From Klebsormidium nitens (lineage: Eukaryota > Plantae > Klebsormidiophyceae): a stretch of 64,000 bases of DNA. Below, one piece after another: positions 35,989 to 48,400 of the stretch (position 1 is the first letter of the stretch; each line of letters opens with the position of its first letter). The DNA lies in contig DF237120.1 in the NCBI GenBank assembly GCA_000708835.1, forward strand, positions 97,963 to 161,962, given 5' to 3'. Below the pieces are notes generated by a model that saw only the letters and a list, made by a program, of their open reading frames with translations, searched no databases and had not been told where the DNA came from. Made by a program: the position numbers and the translations under genes.

Positions 35989-38199
35989 CTCGACACATAC
36001 AGCCATACGCTCAATTCTAGTGGATACTTTGACGAGGAGATTCTTGTAGTCCTTGGATTGGCCAATCAACACGAAGATACGCCGGTCTCCAGTAAGGACC
36101 ATCCTACTCTCCGTGAGTTGCTTTAGCATTGCGGTTGTCGCAACCGTGTAGAACATGTGATGTTCGACTGTTGCCGAATCATGTCAGTCTACGTACCATT
36201 CCGCAAGAAGCGGCTCATGATCTAAGTGGTCCAGGTTTAAATTATTGACATCAAGTCGCGCTGCGCGCGACCAAGTCTGCCCAGCCTCGTTGGAAAGGAT
36301 CCGAGGCCGCCGGTATTGTCTAGGTTGTCTGCAAACGCGTGGTTTTAAGTTCGATCCGATCTACTGCACGAATTAATTGCGTATAGTACTGGGAAATGCA
36401 CGCGGATTGGGGATCGACGATTATTGACGAATCACCCGGAGTCGCGGCTATGGTTCAATTACCCGATTGGAAAATTGGTATGCCATGATGGAGCCTAGTC
36501 GCGCACGTACGCACTGCCAGAGCTGAGCTAGATCGATGCAAAATGAATGACCGATAAGTACTATTCATGCATAAAGCAACTGGACGTGAAATTACATGTA
36601 AGTTAGATGAATATAATTAACAACACACTGCGGCGCCGCGGTTTTCCCGCATCCGTTGAATGAATCACCATTGACTGTGGGGCAGTTTCGAGCCTAGCTA
36701 GTACCACCGCCGGGCCCGCGCGGGCCCGACATATGTACGGTACAGCCGGTACCGTCGTACTCTTATGCAACTAATTATGCCAGAAACATATTGATTGACT
36801 CACTGATTAATGCTTGCCATCTGCAAGGCCGAGGCCGCGCGGCACCGCGCGCAAGCCTGCCATAAGACAATTATGAGCGTTCGCTGCATATACACAACGC
36901 TTGTTCACCATTCGGACGTACGGTACGAACTCATTCATATATATACATGATTTATTCGACTATTCATGCACACATTGATTCATTCAATCATATTCCTCCG
37001 CTCGCGTCCACAATCTTCCTTCACTGTACCCGATCCGTCAAGTTCTTATGCGTGCGCAATCTGTAGACACTGAGTCCCGACAAGTCGTTGTTCGTGCATA
37101 CGTCTCTGCCAGTGGCTGCTGGTGGATTCAACCTTAATTAGGCTTCAAGAGGCGGAGTCTAGCACACGCTGGATCTTTCGTTGGACTCAACCTCGGGGAA
37201 CCGCATTTGTCCCGCGCATTTTGAATCAAAGCCGCCGTACTTATATGACTGATATGACGGTATAGTATGTATCTCGAACTCACATTTTCTTCAATCTCCG
37301 ACGAACATTAGGGAAGCCAACAGCACGGGAATCATTGCATGCATTCACGCACCATATTTTTAGACTTGATACAACTAGAATTCTGATTAATTGGTTAATT
37401 TTTGAGTATCTTTCCAACTTTGGATTTGACATGCACGTGACTCTTGGTGTCCGGCACGGTCCCGGGCCTCTGACCGGTGTCCCGGGCCTCCGATTGCGCA
37501 TATGATACACGCTCCACCGTACCGTCACGCCTCGTGCCGCCCGATGGGTTGACTAACTTAAAAGACGCCTTGGGCCTGGGTTGACAATAATTTGACGATC
37601 TCATGAGCTCTGATAGGCGTCTCAGCTAGGCTATCTGCAGCAGGTCACTCTTTCTAGGATGTTTTAAGTTCAGTATTGTGCTCATGTGTTGCGCGGTGTA
37701 GGGCGACTGGACTAGCGAGCCCCGCGACAGTCGCTAGCCTAGTAGGCCGCTGATGGTAACTCTAAGAATATGGAAAATAAGGTACACATATTGAGTTGCG
37801 CAACCTAGGCTAGCCGCATAACAGTGAGGCCATATGATGGATATATGATCAAGCTACGCAGCTTAGAAAATATTGGCGAATGCTTGTATGCATCCGAATG
37901 ACAGTCTCCGGCCTCCCTCGGAAAAAGACGCAATTACTCATAAAAGAAACTTCGAAGTGATACCCAAGACAATCTGCAATTGATCTTAGGGGACTCGTTT
38001 CGCAATCGATCTGCAGATACACTTTGAAAGCCTTTCGTGTCCTTCTTGCTCAATCACTGCCTATGATCTATTTATCACTACGCGGCAGCCTGCGCCTATT
38101 TGCAACGAATTAGTTTTCGGTTCCAAGTGAATCTACTGATCTCGTTCCCAAGGCCACACCTGAAAGTCGTTCCTTAAAAAACTACCCCCTAGTGCTCAA

Positions 38200-41100
38200 T
38201 TATCTCCGCTGTTCAACTGTCACTTGCAGTCCGTACCTCATGGTGAGAACAAGGGATTGTCTGTACGTCACAACGTGACCTGGAACCACGGTGAACTTGA
38301 AGCGCCGCAGAAGAGAAGCCGCAACCACTTTCATCTGGAGGTATGCCATGTCCTTGCCCAGGCAAATGCGAGGGCCGGCCTGCAACGATCCACATTGGAT
38401 GAGGTTCAACCAACAGTGGAATTCATTACAAGCAAACCCGCACGTAAGAAAGCGTCCACGATAGTGTGTCGCGGTCAAGAACGAAAAGCGAAGTTTTGAT
38501 AAAGAAAGCCTTAACGGAGGCTCGTGCTGTGCCCTGATATTCCGTGAGTCTGCTCTCTCAATCCGCACCAAACCGGCCAACTCTTGGTCAGACCAACAGT
38601 AAGGCCTGAAGCCCGGGTGGGATTGCACGTCCTTGACCTGCCCGCCTATCAGACTAAGGGGCCAAAGACCTTTTCACCAAGAAGGACGCATAATGATAGA
38701 ATCGTAAAGGCTCTGGTCGGAGGGACGTTGTCCATGTCGGTCAAGTGTGTTCAACACTACATGCGCTTCAGCAGCACCATTTTGGAACGATCTAAAGCTG
38801 CCCAGCAAGAGCTCCCGCACGCTGAGTCAACAGCAGCGCGGTCAAGCAATACTCAGCTCTCAACCGGACTTTTCCCTGGAAGACTCGCCCTCTCAAGAAC
38901 CGGGCCAATCCACCGACCTGGAACGACGAGAACTTGTAGGGCGAGGGTTGCACAAAGTTGCCAGCCGAGTCCAGCCACCTCTCAGGTTTGAATTCCAGCG
39001 CGTCGGGGCCCCAGACCACAGCACTGCGTCCCTGTGCGTATGGGAAATAAGCGATCCGCCAGCCCGCTCGAACTATTGCACCGCTCGGGAGGATGTCGTC
39101 CGAAAGTGCGGACTTGACATCAGACGGTACCGCGGGGTAGAGGCGCAGGGTTTCGGACAGCACGGCCTGGAGGTAATTCATGGAGCGAAGGTCCTCGAAA
39201 CCAAAGGCACCTACAAAGAGGATGCGGACATGTCAACTTTGACAATTTCGGGGAAATCCCTGATCTGAACGCGTCTCGGATGTTGCTTAGAACGCTTTGT
39301 CAGGGGGATCGAAACTTCGTTGTCCCACGAAGACGGGATGGACTCACAGGATGTGCAACACGTTCCTAGGGTGGATTGCAAGCCCTTGAGGGGGCTCGAC
39401 CTAGCGTAAGAAAAGGTTGAGGAGGCTTCTGAGCTTCGGCTGGCCGGCAGACTAAGCCCGAGGAAAGAACTGGTGTAATCCTAGTGGCGGGACGTAAGCT
39501 TTTAGCCCCTGAAAATGTCCTACCTCAAAAGTCCACGATTCGCTGTACTCAATGAAAGCCTCCCCCGAACCCCACGGTCATTTAAGCAGCGTAATCACAT
39601 TCAACTCCGGCAACATCTTTCAAACTTTGACAAGATGAGAGAACCGTAATTCACTCGTAATCCCACTTAGATTTGAACCTAAATCCGACGGACTAACCTG
39701 AACCCCCTTTTGCTGCGTCGACTCTGTCCACCTCCCCCAAAATCTTTTCCTCCACGTCTCGGTGCTGAGTCAGCGCCCAAAAGAACCACGTCAGCGTGAC
39801 GGAGGTCGTGTCTCTTCCAGCCAGAACAAAGTTGAGAATGATGTCCCGGAGGAAGCGGTCGGCGGTGCTTGGGACTCCCTCGTTTTCGGGCTCCGGAGCG
39901 CTTGGGGACTTCGTCTCCCGGTCGGCTACAGCGATGAAGCGGGAGAGGAGATCCTCGTGCTGTTGGGGACAAGGGCCGGCCATCTCCTGCCTGAAATGAC
40001 GTCAGGAGAGAGTCAGCAGGGCAAGCTGCTGAAAAAACGTCAGGAAAGCGCCAGCAGGGCAGATTGGCAGGACGGATGGTGCGGGAATCAAAGGTTAGGC
40101 AAGGCCGTTTGGCTCGTCGACTTGAGAGAATGGTGTCTGATTGTACGAGTGGCAGGCTTGCGCTTGTGTCGAACTTTACTTGACGAATTTCGAGAGCTAT
40201 CATCACTGATGCAGATTCTGAGTTCACCAGATATTCTCATCAGAACTTCGACACGAGACAAATATCGAACACACGGGCCCAAATCGGAAATAGAGGAAAT
40301 AAAAAGTTTTGCTTCCCATGACTTAAAGAAGAGAGAGTAGATAGAACCGAATGGTAACACACTCAAAAAAGGCAAGAGCATCCTAGATATCACTACACCT
40401 CACCTCCGCCGCCTGATGACGTCGTATGCAAAGCTGTCGACTTCCTTCACCGCTTCTGCAAGTTTTCTCTCCGACCCCAGGCCCAGGAATCTCTTCAATT
40501 TGTATGCTACTGGGGGCTGAAGAAAGCGCCGGGAGTGCACCTCCTGGGCGATGTCAAATGCATTGGCGAAAGGAACGACCGGTAGTTCGGGAGCGAGGCA
40601 GCCAGGGTCGACTCCAAACCCAATGGAACAGATGGTGTCAAAGGTGCACCGCTGAAAAACATCCTGCGGGAGGGGAAAGTGAGCAAATGCTTCAGCTGTG
40701 CTGTCACATAGTTCAACCCAGACTGCGACCCGAGTGCACGGAAGACACCAAGGACTGGTCCCCTTGAATGATTGTAAATCTCTGAAGCATCTTTAGACTT
40801 GCGGCTGATTGGACAGTCGTAGAGCAGCTTTTGTCGTTTCCAGAGCTTCCGATGGCCTGAGACGGTTCCGCATAGTACTAAAAAGAAGTGGAAAAATCTC
40901 CTTGTCAGGGCTGGTTGGACAACACAAAAGCTTTGCATAGTGTTTGAACCCTTGGAAGGAGAATGGGGACTCGAATCGAGCTTCCCGGACCCCCCTTAGT
41001 CTTGGACCCCCTTCGCAAGCGACACTTGACGTCATTGAGTCCGGCCGCAATCTCGCAGCTTCCCCTACGTGCCAGTGTACGGTGGGTTGAAGACCGACGT

Positions 41101-43212
41101 ACCGGGACCGGACTTCCAGAAGCGGACTCAACGGCGTCACTTGCCGCGCGCGCAGGGGGTCTTGAGCTGAAGGGGGTTAGGGAAGCTCAATTCGAATCCC
41201 CGTTTTCCTTCCACGGGTTCTGTCTGTTCTTTGGGTGTGTTGTACTATGATCGAACTTGTACAGGCTCCTTCTGGAGCAGAACATTACACACGATTCTCA
41301 CTACTGAAAACTTGATACCACTTTGCCTGGCCTGCGGTTACTCCTGCCCTCGTAATTTGTGAATAAGTGCATTCACAATTACTACCTGATCGCGGTCATC
41401 CTTAAACGAAGCATTGTAATCCAGACAAAATCCCAGGGAATGGGAGCCAGAAGCGATTCCATTGAAGCAAGCCACCAGCTCTCGCAACCTAGAGTCGTGC
41501 AGATGCTCTCTGACCTTTATGCAGGAGCAATTCCACCCCGTAGCCACTTACAGCGCAACGCCCTCATATATCGGCAACCCACCGGACGAGGTCTTCTTCA
41601 ACAAAGGTATTTCAAGTGGACTTTGATTTGGATTAGCACTAACCTGCAGGTCGAACGGCGTCCCTTCCTCTGCAAACCTCCCCATCAAAGCCACCAGTGC
41701 CCCATTGACCTTATTATTGAAGATAGTGAGCATGAGCTCTTTAAGGGACTTTGTGGAGAATTCGTGGCTCGCCGCCTTGCGCTGTACCCGCCACACTTCA
41801 CCGTCCGCATTAAAAATGCCATTTCCGAGCAGCTCGTAGAGGAGCCCGTGGAACTCTGGGCCCTGCATAAAGGAGCAACAGCATTGGGCTTTGATCATTT
41901 CGTGTTTCTCAATCTAGTGAACAACAAGCCCAGTGAATACTAAGCATTTTGGGGTTACTAAAAACCCCACCAAAAGGATCACCCGCTACCCACCCTAACC
42001 CCCTAACTAACCCTACCCGTCTCCGTTACTTTTCACTAGCAGTTAATGTTCACTACATCGATCTGGATGATCATTTCCCCCCAGCACAGCTATGCGAACT
42101 CGGTCAGAAGATTGCCTCTGTTCTTTTGTAAATCAACTAATGTTGAGCTTCTTACAGGTCCCATCCACAATATAAACTGGAAAATCAACAGGAAAGAATG
42201 ACGCGATGCAATTGCTGACAAGGAATGGTGAGGAAATGAGAACTTCCTGGACCAAGCTCTATCTGGTTTCAGGGGAATCCTTGTGACGCTGCCTTAAGAC
42301 GAGAAAGAGGCCCTTCCAGAAGCAAATCCTGTGAAGCCTGCAATGCATTCTCTGCCGCTGCAAGCTTGGCAGATTCAAAGAAGCAGCCACAAAATGTCAT
42401 GTAACGTGCTCGACTGTGGGGTTATAACCATATGGCAATCAACAATCTGAGAGGCATCTCCGTAAGAGACTCCAATTGTGCCAACGGAGACAATTGCTAT
42501 TGGTGAATGTGCAAGCAGGCACATATTTCAGCTTAGGTGACCACAGAGTCCGTCTAGGTGACCACAGATTTCGTCCAGCTGAAGAACCAGACTGAAGTCT
42601 CAAGGCCATTGCTTTGGCAGTAATACTTCAATGGCTGGCATGTGAGGGTCACAATCTCAAGATTCATACGTGCGCTCATGAACACCGCCGGACTCCCGGT
42701 TGATTGCCTTAGTAAGCTCAGCCCCCCTAATGCGAGCTCACCTTGGGATAGTTCTCGAACCTGCTCTTGAGCATGTGTTCCACATCTCGAGGGTCTGTCA
42801 CCACGACTAATTTGGCACCCGGGATAGTAAGGAAACACCATGAAGAGTCTGCTTTGGCCATTGTCTCTACCAGCCAATCGTAGGTCCTGTGCATGTTTTT
42901 CAAAAGCTCAAACAGGCTGCCAACCAGGGGGTACCGTTTGGGCCCGGGGAACACCTCTTTCCGCTCCCCTGAAATGCTGCTACTCCCGGCACCCCAAAAT
43001 AGATAGAGCACCGAAAGCAGCCCAATCGTCAAGCTGAGAAACATCGCGAAAAGACCAATGGCTGTGGCTGAGAGTTCGGTTGGCCAGAAAGCGTTCAGGC
43101 TCCTGCGCATGTCCCTTAAAGTGAAACCCCACACTTTTGGAAGCCCTGCTGCAGCAAGGAGGCTCTTCCGCAACCCGCCAGCATTTGTCTCGGCCTCAAA
43201 GGTCGTCTCCAT
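38200..43212 (-). CDS. Cytochrome P450, CYP86 clan (CYP86/CYP94/CYP704-like fatty-acid hydroxylase), ~571 aa
   Basis: Six phase-consistent exons 43212-42742, 41862-41644, 40663-40404, 39990-39698, 39210-38918 and 38379-38200 (1716 nt). Features: N-terminal TM anchor then PGPKRYPLVGS, RFENYPKGPEF, I-helix LNFVLAGRDTT, ETLRLYP (ExxR), KPERW, and heme motif FQAGPRICLGKDMAYLQMK. Confidence 0.95.
40946..41220. mobile_element. Foldback/MITE-like inverted repeat in P450 intron 2
   Basis: Arms 40946-41043 (GAACCCTTGGAAGGAGAATGGGGACTCGAAT...TTGAGTCCG) and 41123-41220 (CGGACTCAAC...TTCCTTCCACGGGTTC) are reverse complements over 98 bp, ~75-80% identical by eye, with a 79-bp spacer. No clear target-site duplication. 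Confidence 0.65.
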
Positions 43213-45488
43213 CGCCACACGGACAAAGCAACACTACTGTAGAAGGCGTCAAACTAAAAGCATTTCAGGTGTTCAGGTAAGTCCTGCTCATCAGAAAGCA
43301 CGAAAAGCTGGAATCGAGCCGGAATTGTGTAGCGAGAAAGTGTGGACCACTTCAAACTTGAAAGCGGAAAGATGCATCATGCAGAGCTGTGTATTATGTG
43401 CATGCATAAGACTCAGGAGGACCAAACCATAATGGAGCCTGAGGACAAACCCTGCTCCTCACGAGTCACAACATCACAACGCGCGAACAGTTGTGCTGCG
43501 CAAGAGAGGACGGGCGTGCCAAACCCTGCCGGGACACGTGTCCCGAGCGCTGCCCGTCGATAAATTAGCGCGCGTCGTCGGTCAGTTTTCTTTCGGTACT
43601 TTCTGTGGAACATGTTTGAAGAAACAAGCGCAGAACTTGGGCCGTTCGACGAACCGATGAGGTACTTCTGCGTCATCGGAGGGTCGGGCAACGTTTTACT
43701 CATTGGGCAAGTTCTGCGATCGGTCTTAATCGTAGTTTTCGGTCAGGCGGCCAGCCGGTAAGGCCCCTGCTGTACCTGTCTACCTGTAAGGCCCCTGCTG
43801 TAGGACCATGTCCCTATGGGGTCGAGCGCCGATACTTGAAGGACAATCGTACAATCGTAATGACAGGTGCATGTCCAGAATTTGATCCCCGTTTTGTTTG
43901 AACATATTAATTGAGGGTTTGATCATCCGAGAACTTATCGATCCCTTGAGAATCAAGGAGTCCTTTGAGGTATCCGCACTGGGATGCGTAGACTTTAATT
44001 TTTAGTATTGTGGTTAGGGTTGGTATGGTGGGTACCGTATATGGGTGCGCGCGGAGCAGGTGTCTTTTTTATGTTTTTGCATGGGTACGTACCTGTACGG
44101 ATTTTTATCGTGTTAGTCGGAGCTTGTTGTATTCGACTGGTCTTGGCCTACTTGATTTGAACACCTTTCTTGGGACTGTTGAGAATCATACCGTTTACGC
44201 TGGTGGCTCACATGAAAGACGACGTCGTAGTGACGCGTTGTTCTACTAAAGAACTTAGCACATGTGAAGACTTGTACGAGCTTATTGCCCGCGCGGCCTG
44301 CGCATGCGCCCGCTACTAGGGCTGCAAATCGTATAACGAATGACCAACTTCCGTACGTTGTGTGCATATATATAAAAGTATATCATTTAAAATGCATATG
44401 CCGGAAATTGTATCAAACATGCATTCGCCGACCCGGTACGTGGCGCAGCGTAATGATACTGTGCCGATGGTAACGATCGGAAAAACCAAGCCTGTTGTTG
44501 CTTTCTCAAGTACGTAGAGTCCAGCTTCATTATGTCCGTTCCATAAAAATGCCTAATGTCGGACTTGGTGTGCGTGCTCGCTCTGGGATCCGATCAAATA
44601 GACAATCGTACCATAGAATGCAGTGATAGTGAAGCTTTAGCAGTCTGGTACATTTATCAAGTTCACGTCACTGCTAGCTTCTGTGGCTTCGAATCTCGAG
44701 AGATCTTCGAAATATGGTCCAGCTCATGTCGATTATGCAGAGACTGGCCTTCGAACCTCGCAAAGTGCAAGGGCAAAGACATCGACCTTTTTGGTGCCAG
44801 GCTTTGACCTCAGCTAGAGAGAAGGGCAATCGCTGTGGGGCTTTGGAAGATCACGCCTTTGTTACTAGCAACTTGGCCACCCTCCGGAAAGTGCTTGGCG
44901 TAAGGCTGGGAAATGAGTTGGGCCCTGCACGGATGAATGGAACTGCTATACTGAGAGTATGCTTTGAGCATACTTTCAAAAAACATTTTTGAAAACCCGA
45001 CTCGAGATACGCGAGACGCTCGATCTTAGTACATTTTAAAGGTTCGGGCTCGAGGTGTGCAACAAGCAAGTCGTGAATGTTTACATGAGAGTTCTATTTT
45101 TGAAGTTGGAACGATCCGCTGGTGGTGATCATCCAAAAACCTGGAAGTTGGCGGGTTTGGTCGACGGCTCTAGTTTCACAAGATGATTCAGACCAACAGC
45201 ATCTTACTTCGAAGCAGGATTTAGGAGGTGCAAAGGGGTCTGTCGAGGGTTCATTCGCAACCAAAGAAATGGCTAACTTCAGTCGATTCTCCCTAATCCG
45301 TTTCCGCTATGCTTTTCCTTGCTTTTTCTCGAAACGCAGCAGCGTAGTAGTATAGACACCCTGAATTAACCACGTCCACCTGTTGCATTCTCTTGAGACT
45401 CCTGATTCAACCGATAAAATTAGCAAGCAGAAGTGCCATGTTCAACAGAGGAGTCCAGGAATATGGTACAGGCAGTACTAGCTTTCGC

Positions 45489-48400
45489 TCACCTGTGAGC
45501 CCCTCGAACCCGCGGCTGTTCGTTCCGTCCGTTGGTCACGCCGGTACGGGAACGCTTCGCCTTCTGCCAGGCGACTTTGGGCGGCGGACGTTCCGCCGGA
45601 CGTTCCGCTGAGCGTCCGAAGGCATTCGCTCCGGTGGACCGGGTCTCCAGCTTCGACTGCGCGGTGTGCAGCCGTTCCGGCGCCGGAATCGGGGCGGAAG
45701 CGACGGAACATGGTGGGCGCACTGGAGTTCGATTTGCACCTGGAAAAGGAGTAAAGCTTGCTGTTGAAATCTCAGGAGCAGATGCATGGGAATCTTTTCC
45801 TGTCGTGGTAGATCATATCAGGATGATAAACGCGATGTTTGGAATTCTGCCGGTTTCGCTGCAATATTAGGGAAGAGGTCAGACTTATCTTAGGTGAAGG
45901 GAAGCTCCACCTAAGAAAAGTCTGAGAAGCGCGTACAGCTTCTCGAAAGGACGGTTTTATTTCCGGTAAGGCGAGAAGTCGGATGACAGGGCGCAGGAAG
46001 GCTCTCGTCGCCTTCAGCAACGGAACAACGACAGATCCGGATGAACTCTCGGCCCCTTGGATGTAGCCCGGCTTGTGCTTGGGTCCAACTTGAAGAGCTA
46101 AGACGTTCGGAAGCTAGTTTGAAGAAAGGCCTGTACTGGAACATAGCCAAGACGACAAATGCGACCAAAATACGAACTTTGACCGACTTCCGCCAGACCT
46201 CGCAGCTTGATATCCAGTCTCTGCAACGACGCCAGGATGCTCTGCTCCTCCAGAGACAGCGCTGTCGGCGGTCGGTGACTTCCCCCGGTCGCAGCCGCTG
46301 ACGTCATCCCAACGTCACCCGGGTGCCGGCGCTGCGGTGCGACCGGCTCATATGCGGGCCGCTGCCCGTAAGCGATCGCTGGGGAAGGAGCGACGTCAGA
46401 GTGACGTCGGCCGGAGGGGGTTTGGTGACGAGACATCTGGAAGGCGTCCCAAACTCGCGCCGCGGAGATGCCGGACTCCCCTGGAAGAGCGTATGGGACT
46501 CTGGGCCCCTGGAAAAATGTCCCAGTTCTAGTTTCTCGCCCTCCGCTAAAAGAGACCCGGTTGGAGATGCTGGGTTCCGGCTGACTGAACGTCGCTGGCC
46601 GAGGCTCGAAACCGGGGAAGTCTAGAGATTCTCGACGAAGAGCTTTTGGCACCACGGGGTTGGGAACGTCTACGCTTCCGTCCCGCCAGCTGCTGGGTCG
46701 CGCCACGTGCCTGGTCGAGAATCCTTGCACGGCTCCGGAGCGCGCCACGTGAGGGTTGCTGACGTCATCCAACTTGGAAGGGGCATCTCTGGGCGGACAA
46801 AGAGAGTCTTGAGACACCTCCCGTTTCGGCAAGCGGATGACGTCAGCGGACTCCCCGTCTCCCCTGCAAAGTCCCATTTCTACTCCGGCCCCCGAGGCCC
46901 TGTTTCTTTGACTTCCCCACGTATTCGCCGGCGTTTGGAGTCGAGCTTCGTCCAAACGGGGCCTGGGATAGAAACGGTCCGTTTCGACGGCGCTTATGAC
47001 TTCCGGTTCTGCTCTTGGCATCGTAGGGCTGCTGACGTCTGCAGAATCTCTATGTGCGTTAGCAGACAGGTTAACGGCTGATCCCCTCTCGGGGGGCACA
47101 AACTCCCAGGCCAAGCTGCCTCCTCTTACGACCGCTCTTCTTGTGGCCATCGTCTCTGTTTCTTTTCTCCGCTCACTTACTCCACCCCTTTCAAGCGGAG
47201 CAGAATCCGTTTCGGGAACCCCCGTCTCCTCTCTTTGCGCCTCTCTCCGAGTTGCCGCTCCAGATTCGGGAGCCAGGCCCGATACCCGTTTCGCTTGCGG
47301 TTCCGCTTGTGCCTTCCGTTCTGCTTCCGAGTTGCTTCCCGCTGTTCGATTCACTTCCATGATCGGGTCGTGATCTGACATTGACGGTTTCGGATTCCGT
47401 CCGCTCGTTGATTCCGCCCCGTCCGGCACTCGTTCCGCCCGCCTTATCCGCATGATCTCCGCGTCTTTGGCCGCGAGCCGCGCCTTCAGGGCGGCCACCT
47501 CAGCCGCCAGCCGCGCTGTCAGGTCGCCTTTTTCGCCGCCTTTCTCTCGGCCCGGCTCTACTTGCTTCGAAATTTCCCTCTTATCCGCCCGACTTTCATC
47601 GTCTTGATGAACCGCGTCGGACAATCCAAAGGCAGCGGTTTCCCTTTCATTCTGCGAGTCTTCATCTCTCGCTTTCCCCGCGACCCCGTTCTTTTCGACT
47701 TCCGCTTTCATCCCCGGTTCCACACTTCCCTTTTTCACACCGCTTCGCTGACCTTTTTCCTCCAGTGATGAAAACACGCTGAGTCTTCTTTCCGCAACTT
47801 TCGTCTCCTCCCCACCGGAAACCTCCTCCAAAATTTCGACGCACTCCGGAATCCTCTCTCCAGACATCGGTCTCCGTCTCTCTTCGGTCAACCGTCGCCG
47901 TTCGTTTGCCGCACTAAGCGCCCGTTGTTTCAAAACGGCCTCCCGACTCGCAATGCGATCCGCCTGAACCGCTAGCGCGAGGAAGTCCGCCAGAGACTGG
48001 CGCTCGGGAGCTCCTACCGGTCTCTTCTCCCCTTCAACCGGTCTCTTCCCCGCATCAACCGGTCTCTTCTCCCCTTCAACCGGTCTCTTCCCCGCATCAA
48101 CCGGTCTCTTCTCCCCTTCAACCGTTTCCTTCTCCCCTTCAATCTGTCTCGTCTCCCCTTCGATTCGTCTTTTCTGCCCTTCAACCGGTCTGTTCTCCGC
48201 TTCCACCGGACCATTGGCAGAACATTTTTGTTCGCCGTTCCCGAGTGTCAAGCCTTCCTGAGTTGCAAGCTCGGCGTTTAAGCTCGACGCATCCTCCGCT
48301 AACTCGACTGTTTTCGCTATTCTCTGCCTGGAATGGTCTTGCCCGAACCCCTCTTTTCTCCCTGATGAGCTATGCCAAGCAACCTTCGCTTCCGAATCCC

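Noticed and set aside
43261-43282. Plus-strand TTTCAG-GTGTTCAG-GTAAGT, resembling an antisense microexon upstream of the P450 start
   Set aside because: There are no supporting partner exons or ORF, and short splice-like matches arise by chance.
43758-43802. 17-bp direct repeat GTAAGGCCCCTGCTGTA x2 (and a similar TAGGTGACCACAGA x2 at ~42535-42566)
   Set aside because: These are simple local duplications with no enclosed element.
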